Positions 25,091-27,887 of a DNA stretch of 27,887 nucleotides are shown here, in pieces (the stretch's first letter is position 1; each line of letters begins with the position of its first letter). Origin of the DNA: Candidatus Moraniibacteriota bacterium (GTDB lineage: Bacteria; Patescibacteriota; Minisyncoccia; CAIUEV01; JAHKAQ01); contig WJJL01000062.1 in assembly GCA_014729725.1 (NCBI GenBank), forward strand, positions 1-27,887. The letters are read 5' to 3'. The position numbers were made by a program, and so were the translations under genes. Under the pieces are notes generated by a model that had not been told where the DNA came from, did not search any database, and saw nothing but the letters and a program-made list of their open reading frames with translations.

Positions 25091-25636
25091 TTATTTTGCT
25101 AATTGAGATTTATTTTGTAACTTGAAAATATTTGAAATCCATATAAGGAAACTTAAACTTGATAAGATAAGAGTTATAAAAGAAATAATATTAAAAATAT
25201 TCAATATTATGATAGAAGGAGATATGCTTACTATTTCTTTATAAAAAGAAAATTTTTCTTCTGTTAATATTTTATAGTTAAAATTTATGAAATTGGATAT
25301 TGAATTATATGATAAATAAATAATTAAGATAAATATTAATACTTTAAAAATATTCATAAATAATCTTTTTCTTTGGGGTAAAAAGTCTAAAATATTTATT
25401 TTTTTATTCTTTATAAGGAAAAAATATACAAAAAAGAAGAAAAAAGAATATAACAAAAAAATAGGTAAGAGAAATATAAAGAAAGTCATTACTCCATTAA
25501 TATGAATATCCGATCCAATATAATTCTGATTATAAAAGATACTCAACCATATTTGATCGCTAGCACATAAAGAGAATATTAATATAAAATTTATAATAAA
25601 ATATAATACAAAAAAGATGTGTTTATTTAATTTCAT
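25091..25636 (-). CDS. Polytopic membrane protein (181 aa, extremely AT-rich, Phe/Ile/Leu-rich)
   Basis: The ORF stays open in a region of about 20% GC where stop codons should be frequent. It has 4-5 predicted TM helices (for example FFIFLLPIFLLYSFFFFFVYFFLI). Confidence 0.45.
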   Translation of the reverse strand: MKLNKHIFFVLYFIINFILIFSLCASDQIWLSIFYNQNYIGSDIHINGVMTFFIFLLPIFLLYSFFFFFVYFFLIKNKKINILDFLPQRKRLFMNIFKVLIFILIIYLSYNSISNFINFNYKILTEEKFSFYKEIVSISPSIIILNIFNIISFITLILSSLSFLIWISNIFKLQNKSQLAK

Positions 25637-25778
25637 GTTTATTAATTAATTGTTATTAAATATAATAACGAATAAAATATGAAAATGTGGTTTTTTATTG
25701 TCTTTCAAATGAGGGGTTTAGTTTTAACTTTGAGAGAAGATGTGCTAAATTTTTTAAAATTAAGCTAAAAATACTTTG

Positions 25779-25850
25779 CAGGGGTGCAAGGATTCGAACC
25801 CTGGCTAACGGTTTTGGAGACCGTTGTGCTACCGCTGACACTACACCCCC
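25779..25850 (-). tRNA. tRNA-Trp (anticodon CCA)
   Basis: Reverse complement GGGGGTG-TA-GTGT-CAGCGGTA-GCAC-A-ACGGT-CTCCAAA-ACCGT-TAGCC-CAGGG-TTCGAAT-CCTTG-CACCCCT-G. The cloverleaf has only G-U wobble pairs as non-canonical pairs. Confidence 0.8.
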
Positions 25851-25968
25851 TAAGGAATTTCTGAAAAAATTAAGGTGTACATATATTTTAGAAGTTTTTT
25901 TAAAAAAATTCAAACTTGACTAAAAATATTTAGTTTAGGAGCTTTGTTTTCATCAAGTTTCTTTTTGA

Positions 25969-26343
25969 TTATAAATACTTTTCGATTTTTTCTATAACCT
26001 GACTTGGGACATAATCGGCTTTTAAGATCAGCTCTTCGGCTCCGGCTTCCTTAGCCTCCTCGATTAGATTTTTCTTTTTGAAGTTGGTCAAAAAAAGCAC
26101 CTTGATGTTTTTTGTCTTGTCGTTGCTTTTTAGTTTTTTTAAAACATCCATTCCATAATCTTCTCCTAAAAGCATATCCAGTAAAATCAAATCAGGCTGC
26201 TCTTGTTTGGCTAATTCTAAGGCTTCACTTTCGTTTTTTGCGTTTAAAATTTCAAGGCCTTTTAATTCAGCCTCCAAGACATACATCTCAATTTGATCTG
26301 GATCGTCTTCGACAAGCAAAATTTTTTTGCCTTCCAGATTCAT
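25969..26343 (-). CDS. Stand-alone response-regulator receiver (CheY-like) protein
   Basis: 124 aa. Receiver-domain signatures are present: LLVEDD, the phospho-acceptor region LILLDMLL, the conserved T/S in LFLTN, and the conserved K near LKADYV. Confidence 0.8.
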   Translation of the reverse strand: MNLEGKKILLVEDDPDQIEMYVLEAELKGLEILNAKNESEALELAKQEQPDLILLDMLLGEDYGMDVLKKLKSNDKTKNIKVLFLTNFKKKNLIEEAKEAGAEELILKADYVPSQVIEKIEKYL

Positions 26344-26420
26344 TATTTAAATTAATTTTTAACTAAATGATAATTTTTCAAAACAGGAAATTTGGATGTG
26401 AAAATTTTCTTGATTATTTT

Positions 26421-27881
26421 TTAAGCTTTGGGTAAATGAATAGCAAAAGTAGTCCCCTTATTGACCTGGGTTTTTTCAATGTAAATTTTGCCGTTTTTGT
26501 GAGCCTCCACAATTTTTTTGGCAATAAACAAACCCAATCCGGAACCGTCGGTGTAAACTTTGGTGGCGTTTTTGGCTCTAACGAATTTATCGAATAATTG
26601 AGGGATGTTTTTGGAGGGAATCCCGATCCCGGTGTCCGCAATTCTTAAGATTATTTCCTCTTTTTTATCCTCGATCTTTATTGTGATTTTTCCTTGGGCC
26701 GGAGTGTACTGAATAGAGTTGTTTATCAGATTTAAAATCGCTTGCTCCAAATAACGCTCATTGCCTAAGATTAAAATTTTATTTTTAGGGGGTTTAAAAT
26801 TAAGCTTTAAATTATTTTTTTCAATTTCCTCCTTTTTCGCTTCTATGATTTTATTAATCAGTTCGACAATATTTATTTTTTCAAATTCCAAATTGAATTC
26901 TTCTGTATCCATTTCAGCGGCGCTTAAAATATCGTGAATAATCACTGAAAGCTTGTGTGCTTTTTGGGAAATTCCTTTAAGAAATTTTTTTCTTTTATTA
27001 TTCGGGACTTTTTCATTTAAGAGCATATCTGACATGCCTTTTATTACAGTTACCGGAGTTCTGAGCTGATGAGAAGCGATGTTTAAAAATTCCCCTCTCA
27101 TAATTAGAAGTTTTTGCAGATGAATATTTTTTTCCTGCAGCTCCTTGGTCTGTTCATTTACTTTTCTTTTAAGGGTTTTATTAAAGTCTTTTATTTCGCG
27201 GTATAAAAGAATGTTTTCCAAAATTAAAGAGATCTGGGGCTGAAAGACTTCCAGAAATTCCAAATCTTCCCTACTGAAGCCGCCATTATTTTCTTTTTCT
27301 CCAATAATTATAATGCCTCTGAGTTTGTCTTTATGAAGCAGGGGGACAATCACTTTTGCCGAATGCTTGTCCATTTCTTGTTTAAGTTTTTTTTGCGACA
27401 AGCCCAGCTCGTCCCGTACAATGATTTCTTTTTTTTCTTTGGCTTTTTGGCAAATCTGACCATTTTCTTTAATTGGTTTATAATTTAAAGAACAGCTCTG
27501 GGAAATGCATTGACTTTTATTTTCCTTATCTTCTTCTATGACCAATACACTCATGTCTTCAACATTTAAAACATTCCTGATTTCTTCGGAAAGAATTTCG
27601 TATAACTCTTCTAATTTAACGATTTTGCTTAATTTGATTATTAAATCCTTGATGATTTTTTTTGGATTGTAACCTTTGAAGAAAAAGATATCACTGCTGT
27701 ATTTTATTTTTTCAACAATTGGCAAAAAAACTGCTACAAAAACAATAGAAATTGGAATCCCAACCGTCATAGCTCTGGGGTCATAAATATTCCCCCAAAA
27801 ATAAGTAACAAGAAAGGCAATCAAATGAAAAAATCCATAAGAAACCGCTCCCAAGATGACATAAATATAAACTCTACTCAT
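26421..27881 (-). CDS. Sensor histidine kinase (N-terminal TM helices, GAF-like domain, HisKA, HATPase_c)
   Basis: 486 aa. The start is 7 nt from the window edge, so it may be complete. The H-box is HQLRTPVTVIKGMSDML, the N-box is LNLINNSIQYT, and the G-boxes are DTGIGIP and GSGLGLFIAKKIV. It lies upstream of, and is co-oriented with, the receiver gene. Confidence 0.8.
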   Translation of the reverse strand: MSRVYIYVILGAVSYGFFHLIAFLVTYFWGNIYDPRAMTVGIPISIVFVAVFLPIVEKIKYSSDIFFFKGYNPKKIIKDLIIKLSKIVKLEELYEILSEEIRNVLNVEDMSVLVIEEDKENKSQCISQSCSLNYKPIKENGQICQKAKEKKEIIVRDELGLSQKKLKQEMDKHSAKVIVPLLHKDKLRGIIIIGEKENNGGFSREDLEFLEVFQPQISLILENILLYREIKDFNKTLKRKVNEQTKELQEKNIHLQKLLIMRGEFLNIASHQLRTPVTVIKGMSDMLLNEKVPNNKRKKFLKGISQKAHKLSVIIHDILSAAEMDTEEFNLEFEKINIVELINKIIEAKKEEIEKNNLKLNFKPPKNKILILGNERYLEQAILNLINNSIQYTPAQGKITIKIEDKKEEIILRIADTGIGIPSKNIPQLFDKFVRAKNATKVYTDGSGLGLFIAKKIVEAHKNGKIYIEKTQVNKGTTFAIHLPKA

Positions 27882-27887
27882 CGCAAA

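Noticed and set aside
25687-25923. Two overlapping ORFs (25687..25923 + and 25695..25913 -) from the track
   Set aside because: Both span the tRNA-Trp gene (25779..25850). Their translations are driven by the tRNA sequence and its flanks, so they are not protein-coding.
1-27887. A search for CRISPR arrays, rRNA genes, IS transposases and integrases
   Set aside because: No regularly spaced direct repeats were found. No transposase (DDE/HUH) or tyrosine/serine recombinase ORF is present. The only repeat pairs have two copies each (the 20-mer and the 16-mer), which is not CRISPR-like.

Overview
This is a low-GC (roughly one-third GC), lysine-rich, tightly packed bacterial chromosome segment. 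Its style matches a reduced-genome organism, possibly CPR/Patescibacteria-like, but that is an inference from composition and compact enzymes and no search was possible. In order the window contains: rarA (-), an orphan ABC-2 exporter permease, tRNA-Gly, the rny-ymdB-hup block, tRNA-Thr (-), and a truncated, motif-degenerate PriA-like gene (-) whose start codon overlaps a divergent Pol-beta-type nucleotidyltransferase gene. A long plus-strand array follows: nrdR, nrdD, a 59-aa glycyl-radical tail ORF that the ORF track missed, nrdG, serS, an ftsQ-like gene and alaS. After that come a GT4 glycosyltransferase (-), tRNA-Phe, a miniature beta-carbonic-anhydrase-like gene with a wHTH-like membrane protein, and tRNA-Arg. 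The next ~6.5 kb up to tRNA-Trp looks accessory. It holds an MBL hydrolase, an SPFH protein, a minus-strand run of hypothetical secreted, Tat-signal and small proteins, an AT-richer single-gene unit bounded by 16-nt direct repeats, and a poly-Phe membrane protein. The window ends with a CheY-like receiver and a GAF sensor histidine kinase (-). Five tRNAs are present. No CRISPR array, rRNA or obvious transposase was seen. The most unusual points are the split class III ribonucleotide reductase, the degenerate PriA fragment with an overlapping divergent start, the direct-repeat-flanked cassette, an exact 20-nt motif upstream of two accessory genes, and a 19-bp perfect palindrome.
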